A stretch of 64,000 bases of DNA from the NCBI GenBank assembly GCA_036172245.1, contig JAYWIR010000021.1:1612001-1676000 (forward strand), read 5' to 3'. Positions within the stretch are counted from its first letter, which is position 1, and every line of letters begins with the position of its first letter. A program made the position numbers and the translations under genes. The notes below the pieces were generated by a model. The model did not search any database. It saw nothing but the letters and a program-made list of their open reading frames with translations, and had not been told where the DNA came from. Source of the DNA: Raillietiella orientalis. Lineage: Eukaryota. Positions 24,700-37,200 of this stretch are shown in pieces.

Positions 24700-26897
24700 G
24701 AATCGTTCGGAAAGGGATGATTCCTCTTGACCTGCTCGGCTAACCACAGTTCTGAAGTCAAATCCCGTAAAGAGAGAGAGAACTTAACCGGGCGCGCGAA
24801 TTTCGAGTTCGCCCGTCCACCCGAAGGATGGTGCTGGTTGGCCCACAGGCTCCGGGCACGGCACTGGTGGAAACGGAAACTCTCGTTGACTGACCGGGAT
24901 CGGAAGTTAAGCCTCCGAGATCCTTCAAGGAATCAAGGAGCCCTTTGGGGTTCCCCTTCAGTTGTAAGGATGGAGCCGTTACCATGGAGCCGGTTAATGT
25001 GTCCCTTGGGGGTTGCCTATGCGGAGTGTTAAGAAGTGCGCTGCTCCTTTCGGGGAGCGCCCTACAGAAAAATCGGGAAGCGTCCCTTCGCGGTCCTTTT
25101 CAGAGAAGGAAACAGGAGTGGTTCTCTTGCAGGTTCTTTCTGGAGAAGAAATTCCAGGGGTGGATCTTTTCCGGGTTCCCTTCGGAGAAGAAACGAGAAG
25201 CGGACCCGACTCCGGGAAGTCTCTCCAGAGAAAAGAAGGAAAACTCTCTCCTTGGAGACAATCAGGGCGAGGATTCCCTTTTGGATTCGCTCCCAAGCGT
25301 GACAGGAACGGACTCTTTCCGCGACCTCCTTTCCAACTTTCCGTTCCCCCTGGACCGTCTTCCTCCAGGTTTCGGGGAGGGATTAAGGAAAGAAATAGCG
25401 TGCCTCCATTCCCGTCGCTATTCCAGGAATCTCAACGTCCGAGGCCTGGAGGAATACAGGCCTGGCAATCCGAGTCGACCAGCTTACTGGACGATCAGGA
25501 CGAGGAACACTCTGTCCCCGGATCACGTAAGCCAAATCCTGCGAAACTTTTACTCCTCCCAGTACGCGAGGGTACCCCCAGAGCGCGCCTTTGAGCAGTG
25601 TTTCAACTCAGAAGACTCGCCCTAACGGCGCGACTATGGAAAACACCCTGGTGCACACCAGCACGGCTCCTCGCGAAGAGCGCAACCGGCTACGAAGAAC
25701 CCACATCCCTTCTCATCGCTCGCGAGAGATTGGTGAGGGCGTTGCGGATACCAACTCCACCAGATGGTTGCCCTGGTGGAGGAGAACATCTGGATTTCCT
25801 GCCTCCTCTCGAACTGCACTACCTGACTTTAGGAGTCGGTCCTCGCCTAGGGAAAGATCCACGGCGCGAGCGAGGTGGAATACGCCTGCCTACAGCGATG
25901 CGTCAACACTCGCAGCCTGCGCCGTTCCTGCGTTGGAGGAGATCGTCCGCGACCCGCAGAAGATGCGGTCTGCCTCGTCTACCACCTTGCCCCAGTGCTG
26001 CCCCCCCAAAGGGACTTAAGGAACCGCGTAATTGACGCAAGATGGGAACTAACGTGCTCCATAGCAGCAAAAACTAAACTTCTGGGGGCGTGGACAACTC
26101 GGGAACTCACGGACGCTGCGACCCCGAGTGTCCCACCCCACGGACTTTTACGTTGGAGAGAGCTGCTCCCCATCCCTTTGAAGGAGGTGAAGTGATCCCC
26201 ATAGTGCTGGAACACTGCTCCTTTTCAAGTGGCAGGAGTTGGCGTTGCTGGTGTTGCATAGGGGAATCTCGGGCGAAGCGCTCCTTCACCACTGGACACG
26301 GAGGAACGTAGACGCTCAGAGCGCGACGGGTGCGGGAAGAAGAAGGAGACCTTCCCTCACCTGCTGCTGGACTGTGCTGCCCTCCGATTCCTTCGGGATC
26401 GCCTCACGACGACCCTAGGAACCCCGGTTGGCGGCCCCAGTGACATTTGGAAACGTCTCTTCGCGCGTGCCGCTCTGCCGCCAGCCGCGTCCCTAGCAGT
26501 TCTCTGCTGCGCCCGCGGAATCGTGGCAGCCTGGAACGCGGGAAGAAAAGGCAGAGACACCATCCACTGGGAGCGGATCTTCCTGATGACTGCCTCGAGA
26601 TGGTCCCACCTGGGCAATATCCAGACAGAGCTTGTCAGCGTCCTAAGCAGGATGCAGAGGACGCATATTGTGACCCCTTCCCCGATTCCCTCCGTGTATA
26701 GTTTCCTTTCTCCTGCTTTGTTTGCTTTTTTGTGTGGGTTTGATTTTCCCTTCCCCTACGCTGCCGAAGAGGACCTCGCCGGTATGCGTACCGGTCTTCG
26801 CGGCAGGTTCATCGTAGGTGGTAGAACCAACGGTTCTACCACAAAAATGTGTACTTTTATTACTTGACGTGATAAATGCCCCGGCATAACCGGGTGA
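24700..26897 (+). mobile_element. Internally deleted L1/Tx1-like element: APE relic, ~40-bp VNTR, linker, post-RT/zf-RVT relic, intact 3' end
   Basis: 'RMVLV' and 'LGGCLCGVL' (cf. GGDFNCVL); degenerate repeats 25050-25270; 'VSQILRNFYSSQY' linker joined almost directly to 'RLWKTPWCTPARL'; '..ETFPHLLLDC' (~26345); 3' hairpins ending CCGGGTGA at 26897. No RT core seen. Confidence 0.65.
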
Positions 26898-28959
26898 GAA
26901 TCATCCTAGACCAGTAGTAACCATCTCCCCTTGCGGTCGCTACCGACCTTTTCTGAAAAAAGGAATGGGGAAGGGGAGGAGGGAGGGAAAGAAACATTTC
27001 AGTTCAAAAACTGTAGACTCGGAGGCGGAAAAAGAATTGCGGGGATAGCAGGAAGACAAAAGCTTACAGCTGCAGCACTTTTTTTTTGTTTCTTTGAAAA
27101 AAAGAGAAGCCAAGATCGAGTGAGAAAGAAAAGGGAAACATTCACCCCCCCCCTCCTTCGCAACACACAAAAAAATCCTTTCGGAAGCAATGGGTGTGTT
27201 TGCCTTGCTAGAGGGAGACTGAAGGAAGTCCAAAACAAATCCTTCTATTCGGTAGAGATCGAGCACTCATCTCGAGGAGGGAAGAGAGGCTGGTCATCTG
27301 CTCGAACTGATCGCTGGCGTAAATCATATGAGGGAAATGGGAAGCAGCTCGAGTCGTGCTCGCCGAAACAGCGGGAGAGAGTTCTAAGCGAAGCGACTCG
27401 AGAAGGTGCGAGATGGGAGCACGTCCCGCTGGATCTCGAAAGATTGCGTGCATCCCCGGAAGGAGCAGGGAAAAAAAAGCCCACGGCATCTGCCCTTTGA
27501 ATTCGTTCATCGTGCTCGAAACGCCCTCAATCTTCAGCCTTCGGGAACTTCGGGCGGGACTTGTGAAAGTTAAAAGGGCGTCGGGTTTGCCGGAGAGACC
27601 CTCCATGGCATCATGAAGATCACAAGGAGATAGAGAAGAAAGATTGTGACCTAGGTGATGAGCTCCGAGTGCCTCGGCTAGAGGGCCACTTTCATCCGAG
27701 GGAGCTGACACTTGACGGCGCAAATAAGGGGTCGTGGTAGCTGAGAGGAAACGAGCAAGAGAAAAACTTTAGTCATGTCCTGAGTAAAGGAGTGATGTCA
27801 ATCTACAGGGATCAGTTTATTGGCTGTCAGACCCTGCTGAAGATCATCAGCTACTGCAAACAAGGCCTTTCCATCCATTCTTATCTTTCCGAGCCACTAA
27901 TAGGAAAATAAAGGGCCACAATGAGAAATATCTAAGAGTTTTGTTATTGCATCTTTTGTCGTAAGTAGCTCATGAAAGTTTAGCAGCTCTGGAACGAAGC
28001 TGCGATTGATGATGCCATAGGATCAACAGAGATCTCGGACAGAAGCAGATGCACTCGTTCGCTCTATACAAACATCGGATAAGACAATGTCCTTTGAAGG
28101 TCAAGATCTGCCCCAAAAGTGCTTCGTCCTAGAGTTGAATCGTGAATGAACTCAAAAAGCACTATCTGGAGGGGTCGAAAATAAGGTGACTTCAAGAGGA
28201 AGCTCATCGAACGAGGAAGATGCAGAAATTGTTACTAAGGAGAAAGGATCGGAAACGAATGCTGTGAAAAGGTGCAGATGAAGGACGAAATGGAAGCGAG
28301 GATGGCACGGTTTCGTATTTGTTCAAACAAAGAGAGGAAGGGATAAAACGAGGAATTAGGAAGGGACAGACATACCTTACAGGCATCCCACAGCAGCAGA
28401 AAAAGATGCGTTTTTCCCACTCACGAGGGAAAAGCTGCTTTCCCTTACATGTAAATTTCATTTGTGTTTGCTTGCTTCCACCGAAGAGATGGCATTCGTT
28501 CGATGTTCCTCTTGATGTCGAGCCCTTGCGGCTTCGCCAAACGACCTCACTAACTTCTTCGGAATGGAATCAACATCCAACATTTCCGTTTTTCTCTGTT
28601 TCCGAAACCCATGTGACAAAACAAAAGAAATAGCTTTGTTTTCTGAAGAATCGGGAGCTGCTGTAGATAAGCACGGGTCCAGTTCCTCCGAAGCTTTCTC
28701 CAACAGAAACGGCACCTCCTACAAAGCTAGAATTTTTTGGTGCATGTGAGTGCACCGTGTGACTCCAGTGGTCTCCTCGGAATGCAGCTCTCAACTAAGC
28801 CTTAATTCGAAGTGCTGTTTCTTCTCGTTCACTTTTTATATCTTGAGCTCCATTTTTTTTTTTTTTTTTTTTTAATGCTGAAAATTACCGATTGATGTCT
28901 TTTTATCATCATTGGGGTACATGTGATGGTGATGAACTAGCGAAGATGCATTTCAACCC

Positions 28960-29560
28960 TGCTTATGTCATCCAACAGAGAAGTGCGCTCTGGGGCTGTT
29001 GCACAGAAGTCAGCTCGGAAACAGAGTTTCTTTTCCAACTACAACGCTCATCATGACCAATGAGTTCTTGGTAGCAAAGTGCTAATTTCCTGCAAGTAAA
29101 TGCAGCTACTCTGCGCATTGATCCTCGGCAGAAGAGCATCGATCTGTGCTCGAAATGACTCTGCACTGGACCACAGGTATCGCTGGCTTTCTGAAACCAA
29201 TAATCCTTGCGGTGCCTGTACATCAATTGAGACGGGAAACGTTTCTGAAACAAATCCAAGAAGCTCGTAAAGAGTGCCCTTAGCCGTGTAGACAGCTATG
29301 CCAGAATAGCAGAATGCGCCAGGTTTCAAGGGTCACAGCACAAGAAGGCGGGACTTCGACGAAAGCGCCACTGCAGAAGATCCATCGACAGGCTGCGATG
29401 GCTTGACAGCAATAAAAGGTGTAGGAGGTTGCCAATCAGGCACTCGAACAGCAAAGAAGTGTTTCTTGCACAGTCGACAGGGTTCAGCGGAATGGAGAAG
29501 TTGCAGCGGGAAACTCACATGTCAAATACATAAGCCTTCAGGATCTCTTCAACGTTGCCT
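28960..29560 (-). mobile_element. LTR-retrotransposon integrase relic
   Basis: 'CRLCKK.....PDWQPP.PF', 'TAKGTLYEL', 'SDTCGP.QS' (cf. SDNGPQFxS) and 'CYQELIGHDER' (cf. YHPQSNGxxER), in the correct order. Confidence 0.45.
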
Positions 29561-30279
29561 ACATCTCTCCATTCTCAAGAAGAATCCTTACGGTTTCCGA
29601 AATTCGGCTTTTCCAGCTAGCATTTCTTTAAGAAATTTTCTTCCTTTATGATTTCCGTCACCAGGTGTTCCGTGTTGTTTCAAACAGAGCTTTCCCTCTC
29701 GGTCGTGAGAGTCTCTTCCTGAGTCACGTGATGCCAACAGAAGAGCACTGCGCGTGTCCTCCAAGCAGGAGATTTTCTCAAATGCTGGTGCTATTATCGT
29801 CAACATCTAGAGTGCATCTTCAGATCGAGGGCAAGAAGATTTGAAATCTGCCGACTGCAAACCTGAATTTCTCAATATTCTAATCCCGCAGCGTCATGGT
29901 TTTCCCCTTTCGAGGCATCATGGTCCATAATGGATGGGAAGCAGCTTGCGGGTGAACTTCCGCCTGCCTTGAGATCTCACAAGTATGCTTCAGCAGTTGA
30001 CTGTTATCTATCGCTGACAGTGCAATGCAACAGAGCATGGATTCAGCAACGCTGATCTTCTCGCCTAGATCTCCATAACAAATGCAATATGATTCATTTT
30101 ATTTAGGAAGAGGGGATGCAAGAAAACAGATATAAATAAGCTGACTTTACGCTGTCTTCTTGTCCTTTCATGATGAGGCACTTTACGAGCTTTACTCCTG
30201 AAGATGCTTCAGAAGGCGGTTCCGAGTTTGCTGACCATCCACACACTGCCTTCTGTTTATCCGAAGAGTAAACTGGCGG

Positions 30280-31990
30280 TTGTTCTACGCTGTTTGTCCA
30301 GTAGATTTCATGACTACATCGCATGCACAGGGTTGTTACAAGATGCTCCGCTTTCCCCGAGTATCGTCTCGAGACAGCTGACACGCGAAGAACTGCTGCC
30401 GTTATGAGGATACCAAGATCCAGGCGATCCAATGCTCTTCGGTTTGCAAGCCCTTCCGGGAAAGCCGACAGACAACACCCCGACTACCTCGGTTCTTTCT
30501 GAATCCGGACAGAGGTGAAAGCTCCGTCCCCATTCTCAAATGAACAGGAAACGTCCAGGATCACCTGGTGGTTGCCACTCTAAAACACCGAATCAGGTCT
30601 CAGAATGAAATCCACACCTGGAGCAATCTTTTCGCTGAAACGGCTTCCATCCTGCCGTGGTGGTTGTCACCCGGGTGCGCCGGGGCGTTTATTATAAACT
30701 ATCCGGGAACAGGGTTCCCGGACAAAGGGGAAAACAAGAGACGAAGGGGGTGGGATCCCCGACACGCAGGTCGGTATGCCGAAAGTCCGTAACGGGAGGG
30801 AGGGGACCACAAACACACTACTATATAAAAAAAAATAAAAGAAAAATATGGAGGGCAGGGGACAGGGGTCTTTGGTAAGTCCGTTCCTTCCTTTCAAAAC
30901 CGGCGATGGATGCCGGCGATCTCTCTCCTTACGCCCTGTGGCAGATGGGCCCACTGGGCAGCCGACGACATGTTTGCGCTGGCTAATCCGGTGGGCTGAC
31001 GAAGGATGGCCAGCTTCTCCAACTCTCGGTGGGCCTTGTCGATGGCGCGGGTGCAACACACGGTTGCAACGACAGCACCCAATGACAGGCCGCCTGGCGT
31101 GAAGAAGCGGCGCATCAACTCCCTCGCGGTGTCCCCCTGGTGCAGGAGAGCTGAGGCCAGCCTCCGCCAGAGTCCTAGAAGGGCACCGCAGTCCAGGAGC
31201 AGGTGCGGGAGCGTTTCCACTTCCCCGCACCGCTTACAGTTTGGGGAGACGACTCCCCCGGAAACAAGGTTCGTGCGCTGGTTGGAGTGAAAACCCCAAT
31301 GCACCAGCATAATCACGTCCTGCTTCCACGAAAGGGGGAACACAGAAGTGTTCAGACACGAGGGAGGAACCACAAGTTCTTCAAGGGGCACACTCAAGTG
31401 TTCGCTCCACCGAAGGAGTCCCTTCGGAACGTGGCGAGGTGTGGCGGCGTCCGCCAGCTCGCAAGTCTTCCAGCCGCCAATAGGTCGCGTTGTTCCTGCG
31501 ATGGTGCAGGCGACCTCCCATCTCGCCGGTTCGCAACTGTCATCTCTTGCCCTGAGGGCTGACAGTGCGTCTTCGAGGGGGGTGACGGCCAGGCGGGTCC
31601 ACTTCTCCTGGCTGTTGCACACCTCATCCACCGTGCAGTACGGGGAGAGGTGAGCGCAACGGAGTTCCAGGAGGGAAACATCCTGGTGCTTTGCCCAGCC
31701 ATGCAACGGTTCCTGCCGTGGTGGTTGAGGCATTGCATAGCCTTTCTACTGTGGCGCCGTGCCATAGTCATGTACAGGGGAGAGAGTCTCGTACAGTGGT
31801 TCAATACATGAGGCAAAGTCTCATCCCAAAGTACAGAGCGCCGTCATAAACGATGCGCTTGAGGTCTTCTGGAAACGCCTCGCACAGAAAGCAGACTGTG
31901 CCTCGCCGTGTCGACTGAGCGGTACTCAAAACGAACAGAGCCTCCGGGACGTAGTGACGTAGCGAACGACGGAGACCCACATAGCGCACG
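30280..31990 (-). mobile_element. NeSL/Utopia-like RLE non-LTR retrotransposon 3' end, interrupted by a Tx1-like insertion
   Basis: 'DETLPHVLNHCT.......RRH' (31750-31830). After removing 30667-31710 and one TSD it continues, with a frameshift, as 'LRPDSVF*SGNHQVILDVSCSFENGDGAFTSVRIQK' (PD-D-E..K nuclease), 'IGSPGSWYPHN' and 'RCSHEIYWT'. Confidence 0.75.
30667..31710 (-). mobile_element. 5'-truncated L1/Tx1-like LINE insertion (1044 bp) with 17-bp TSD
   Basis: The open frame from 30894 contains 'CKRCGEVETLPHLLLDC' and is clearly homologous to ORF 5337-6212. It is flanked by the identical 17-mer TCCTGCCGTGGTGGTTG at 30650-30666 and 31711-31727. Confidence 0.9.
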
Positions 31991-31994
31991 GCTT

Positions 31995-32220
31995 TCCCTT
32001 TCCGGGTTCCCTTCGGAGAAGATGAAATGGAGAGGACCACTCCCCTCCCGGGAAGGGGTTTCCGGAGGGAATGAGGAATGAGATTCCCTTCGGGTGCCCC
32101 TTCGGAAACAACCAGGGGGGAGGTGCGATCCCCCCCTTCCTGCGGGGGGATCCCTCCCCAAGCGTGAGAGGAACAGACTCGGAACCCTTCCTGGATTCAT
32201 AGGGCGGACTTCCATTCCGG
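31995..32220 (+). repeat. Fragment of the VNTR-bearing repeat family
   Basis: 'GGGTTCCCTTCGGAGAAGA...CCAAGCGTGAGAGGAACAGACTC' is homologous to 25170-25320. Confidence 0.55.
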
Positions 32221-34155
32221 GGTGCTCCCTATCCTGAAGAATGACACGCTATCCTGCGGGTTGTCGCAGGGGAGTGGCGTGGAAACTAAACAGTGTGTTT
32301 AAAGAGCCACTTGCGCCGCGAGGCATGCGACCGGCTCTTGGGGTACTTAGCGAACCAAAAAAAAAAAGAAAACCCTAAAAAAAAAAAAAAGCTGGAAGGA
32401 AAACAGCGAAGACAGAAGAAAAAGAAAAACCCCAGGATTTCCATCATACCGCAGCATCCGGAAACTTTCCGGACGCTGTTGTATGGGCGCAGACCTGCCT
32501 CCCTGGACGATGGTCCATGTACTCCTAATGTCCTCCTAATGCGTGCAAATTTGTTGTTCGAGTCCCCGGGCAAAAACTTCCTCAGGTCTTTTTCCGATGA
32601 CTGCTGGAAGATTTGGTGTAAGCCACCTCCCAGAGAGATTCCATGGCGAGTCCTTCGACCCAGGCATCCCGCTTAGCCAGTAACCTAGAGCAGTCCATGA
32701 TGATGCCATCCGCTTTATCGGATGGTAGCATCATACTCGAGCAATCTTTCTTCCTATCTACATAGGGATATTCGTTGGCCTCTCTTGATGGAAGGTGCAG
32801 TAGGGCCTTCAACGTCCGTCGAATTCTTCTGTCCGGTCAACATGGATGTATCTACTTCCACCTCACGTGTTGACTTTTTCCAGTCCTTGGAAAATGGAAA
32901 CCTCCCGAGAGGAAAAGCCACGTTCTTATCAGCGGGTAAATCGAGGGCCGGCTCTTCCAGATTAATTTTTAATTTTCCGATCAACGCAAATGAGCCGCGT
33001 TGGTTTGCCTTTCTAATGAGCTCCCGTCTCTTCCGCGATGGAGCATTGCAGCCATTACTGGTGCACTTCAGGCTGCGAGTCTCTCGGAGGCATGTTCGTT
33101 TGATATTCTTCAGGGTGATGTGCTCCCTTTCTGTGGAGACAGGGAGCCTCAGGATTAAAGCGGAGAATCCATTTTGTTTCGAGCTGTGAGTGGACCCATT
33201 CTATCAGCTATACAAATCCGAATCTCATCCGCATTCAGCCTGCTGAACTTTCACGAGACCAGCATTCTGAAGATGGCATCCCGTGTTCCCTTGGAAACTC
33301 CCGAACGCTCTCGGATCCAAACATCAGCATGAGGTCGGACGTTTTAAAAGCGCAGATCCAAACTTTTCGTGCTGGAAGCTTGAATCAGGGTTACTTTCGG
33401 TGGGGCAGAGATAGCTGCATTGAAAGTTCTGCTATCATTCCTGCCTGCATGACAGGAAGGAGGAGGAATAAACGAACCATTTCGCCTGGACTCGTTAGTA
33501 TCTTTCACAGTCAGGATAGCTCACCTTTGAATGGGAAATAGGAGACCCCGGGTCCACTGACAACCTTTCACGGGTGCCCAGAAACAGTTTTGTTTTCATC
33601 TAGAGTTTTCTAGAGCTTAGATAAGATGGGAATGGTTGCACAAAAAAAAATAGGCGTGTACACGTTGGAGAGCACTTCCAGTTTAGAGATGGAGCAGAAG
33701 TTGGAGCTGCGTCTTAGAAATCGAAGTCGTTTTCAGAAAGGAAGGTATGGAAGCTCCGGAAAATTAGAAAAGCAAATGGCAGATGCAAGTGGTTCGGAAA
33801 GGACGTCTTTTTCCCCCTCTGCTTTGCTTTCTTTCCACATTCCTTCTGAAGAAAAACGGACACGAAAAAGAAAATAAATAAGATAAAAAAAAAGGCAAAA
33901 AACAGGGAGGATAAGGGGAAGAAAGAACAAGGGGAAGGAAGACTTCTGCTTTGCAGAAATTCGCCATCCAATCTTTCAACAAGTTGATGATGGAGCTCTT
34001 GAGAAGGTCATGAACCTCATGCTTTTAGACGTCGGCTCAAAGGCAAATAATCGGGGCAAATAATGTTTTTTTTTTTTTTGATTTTTCCTGCAACGGAAAA
34101 AACAAAAAAAAAATACCAGCAGCTGAAGCAAAATTGGAAAAAAATAAAAAAATCA

Positions 34156-34246
34156 GGCGCTGGTGGGAATCGAAGCTGGAAACTCAATTCCTAAGCCGTG
34201 TCTGCTTCGATTCGGCTCGAGTCTTAGCCGTCTGTTGCATCGAGTC
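34156..34246 (-). other. tRNA-like Pol III element (tRNA pseudogene or SINE head)
   Basis: Minus strand has an A-box-like TGCAACAGACGGCTAAG, a B-box-like GCTTCGATTCCC and a downstream T-run. No clean cloverleaf. Confidence 0.3.
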
Positions 34247-37200
34247 AATTATGCAGCTTTTTTCGAGGAACTTTGGTTGCCAGAAAATTAGCAGACTGGA
34301 AGTCACTTAATCCCTTAAAGAAGGAATTTCATTCTGCTCCTGAGAAAGGCGATGCTCTCCAAAATATGCGAGCAACAAGGAGAGACCGGATGCTTTTCGC
34401 GTGAATGACCCTGGAGTGGTCATTAGAATAAATCCCCAGCAGCCAAGGTTTACTTTACGAATGAGGTCTCCCCTGGAAAAGTGGACCGATGATGGAATCA
34501 CCCTCAAGAAGAGGAACCGGTTGATTTCGAAAACGGGAAGGAATCTGTGAGCTCTGAACCGCCATGCTTTTAAAAAGGTTGAGAAAGAGAGCAGCTGGGA
34601 TTAGGGTACGGAAAAACGTCGAAGAGAACCAGGAGCTATGAGCCAAGCACGAACGAATGAGATGAGAGAAAAATGCAATCCTTAGGGAAAAGAGGTGGCT
34701 GCTCCTGGAGTTGCAGAGCGAAAAAGGAAACCCAAAGAACCGAAATTTAATCACAGATCACGTGGGAGATAGATCTGACTTCCCTAGTTGTTCATAATTC
34801 TGACGTGGTTCCTTCACGGACGGGGAGCGCGCATCAGAAAAGGGAACCAATGAGCACATGAAGAGGTACAGGAAATGCACGGGGAGGCAGACGCGGACGT
34901 CTCAAACAAACGAGGAAATTAGCTAATGCCTCCATCCAAAGAAGAGCACGTAATCCCCATCCTCGATCGTTCTTTGTATAGAAGCTGCAAGAGATTGAAA
35001 GATGCTCAGATGTGCTAAAACAATGGGAGGATTCTGTCACAAAGTCCCGTCGCAAGAACGATCGATCGGGGAAAGCCTCGAAAATGAAAAACGATTCCTG
35101 CACAACGCCCGACGTCGGAGTCGGCAGCGCCGCGAGGGCGAAGGACCCGAGGCACACCGGTGGGGTGACAGGGAAGAAGAGAATTCCTGGGAGCTGCATC
35201 CGATCTTCAGAAGTCCATCCAGCTTGCTGCTTGCAACATTCTACGAACTGCAGACGGGACGACAGGGAAGAAGGAAGGGGGTAGGATGGAAAGCACTTCA
35301 GCTAAGAAACTGGCAAACGGCGTCTTCTGGAAATGCCATACCCAGGAAGAAGCACTAACAGAATTTCCGTCCGTGGATGCAGCAGCTCCCACAGATGCTC
35401 TCATGTCAGACAGGAAAAGGAGCACAGTGATACCATCTACATTACCTCTACGACGAGAACAATAAAGGGATGCGTTCCGATCAGATTTCTTTCAAGGTCA
35501 TTCTAGAAATAGAGTGAGTGGCTGCTGTCAGTTTTTGGATGTTCCCAACAGCTGGCGTCCGACAGGATGCGGGCTTCCAAGTTCCGGATAAGTGATACAG
35601 GAAGGATCTAATCAGTGACACAGGGAACGCTCCTACCATGGGTGGGTTGTTGCCTGGAGCGCGATTAGAAGTCTCTTGGGGCTGCTAAGGGTAGCCGGGA
35701 GGCCGGCGCTGAGCACCCCTTCGTGTAACCAAGTTCTTAGCGCAACAGCTGCAAGAATTCCATCGTCTCTTCTACCTGATGTCCTCCTGGAACGCACTCA
35801 CCTGCCCCTTCGCGTTTCACAAGCCCACTTCATCTGCAGTGATGATCCGTGGATGACAAGCGCACCTTACCTCAGGAATGCGTTCTTCTTTTCCTCCTTC
35901 GTCAGGGAAGGAGGTTGGGGGGATAGGGTGATGGAAGGAAGGATGAAGGAGGGTCCTCTAGTATTGCCGAACGGATGAGTTGTCGGTATGCGTGTCTGCT
36001 AGGGCAAACCGCGAATTTCCTTGGGCACCGAAAATTTTTGGAGCCGAAAGACTAAGCAGAAAGGGAAGGGACTCTTGGTGCCTGGGAGGCGCCTCATGGT
36101 CGCTCCGGATTCCTCTTCTGTAGTACTTGTTCGGGGAGATTGGTCTCGAGAACATTGGAGATTGGCACTTTCCAGTCATCGAAAAAGCTGGAAAGAACGA
36201 AGGACTCCAGCAGTCACGGAGTTCTGTTATGTGAATTCCTGAACCGTGCAGTTGCGTATGTCTGGCAGACAACCGCCTAGCAACAAGAGAGAAGGGGGTC
36301 CTTTCTTTTTTTCTCTTCACCATTCCTTCTTTCTCGAGGGAGTTGAGGCAGAAACGCAGGTGCCAGCCTTTTCCTTTAGTGTTACGGAGGGCTGGAGATC
36401 CTCGTCAGGCTTTCACAGCCTCCAGGATGCACAGCTTATTTCAGTGAGCACACAGAAGGTCCTGGAAACCACCTTTCAGCTTCGAGGGAGAGCTCTGAGA
36501 TCTCGAAGTGTGAAATCGTCTCCCCTTCGCAGTGACTCCCCGAGATACATCGTCTCTTCCTCGGTTTCGCGCCTCCCGCAACAACTTCCTTCTTCCCAGA
36601 CTCCGGTTACATTGTCCAAGGGATTTTCCTTTTCCTCGTCTGGAGACCCAGACGTCTGCGAAAACGAGCGAGTGAGGCACATCCTGATTTTATCCTGAGA
36701 GTGATTTTTTTTTCTTTTGATGGCTAGCGAAAGATCAATCCCACGGAAAGAGTTGCAGAAATGGAAAAAGAGACAAAGACAGATCTCTTAAGATGCCGGC
36801 ACATCATCCGAGAGCCTGTTGCATTGATCAGACAGCGCTCAGCTTCGTGATGGCAATTCCTTTATCGCCCGGCGCTTCCTTGCCATTAAATGAGGGAAAA
36901 ATTCCCCCTTGCCGCATCCACAAGGGAGTTTCATGGGATTCGAGAGCTTTTTTGAGGGATGGACTCCAGTCCCGGACCAACTGTCTTGAGCCCACTCCTC
37001 TTGCGCGTGAGAGAAAAGGGCCGGAGGGTTAGACATGCTCTCTGACCCTCGGCCGCACGCTCACAGTTTCACTCAAAGAGCGTGTTCCCTGCTCCCCCGT
37101 TTCGCTCTGACTCTTGGTTCATCTCAATCTCCCTCTTCAACCCGCCCTCGGACTTTCAGAATTTGCGCCTTTGGAGCGCGCTGGCAGCTTTCCTGCCCAG

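Noticed and set aside
25050..25270. Conserved core plus variable spacer periodicity resembling a CRISPR array
   Set aside because: The context is eukaryotic, the cores are degenerate, the spacers resemble one another and there are no cas genes. It is a minisatellite within a retroelement.
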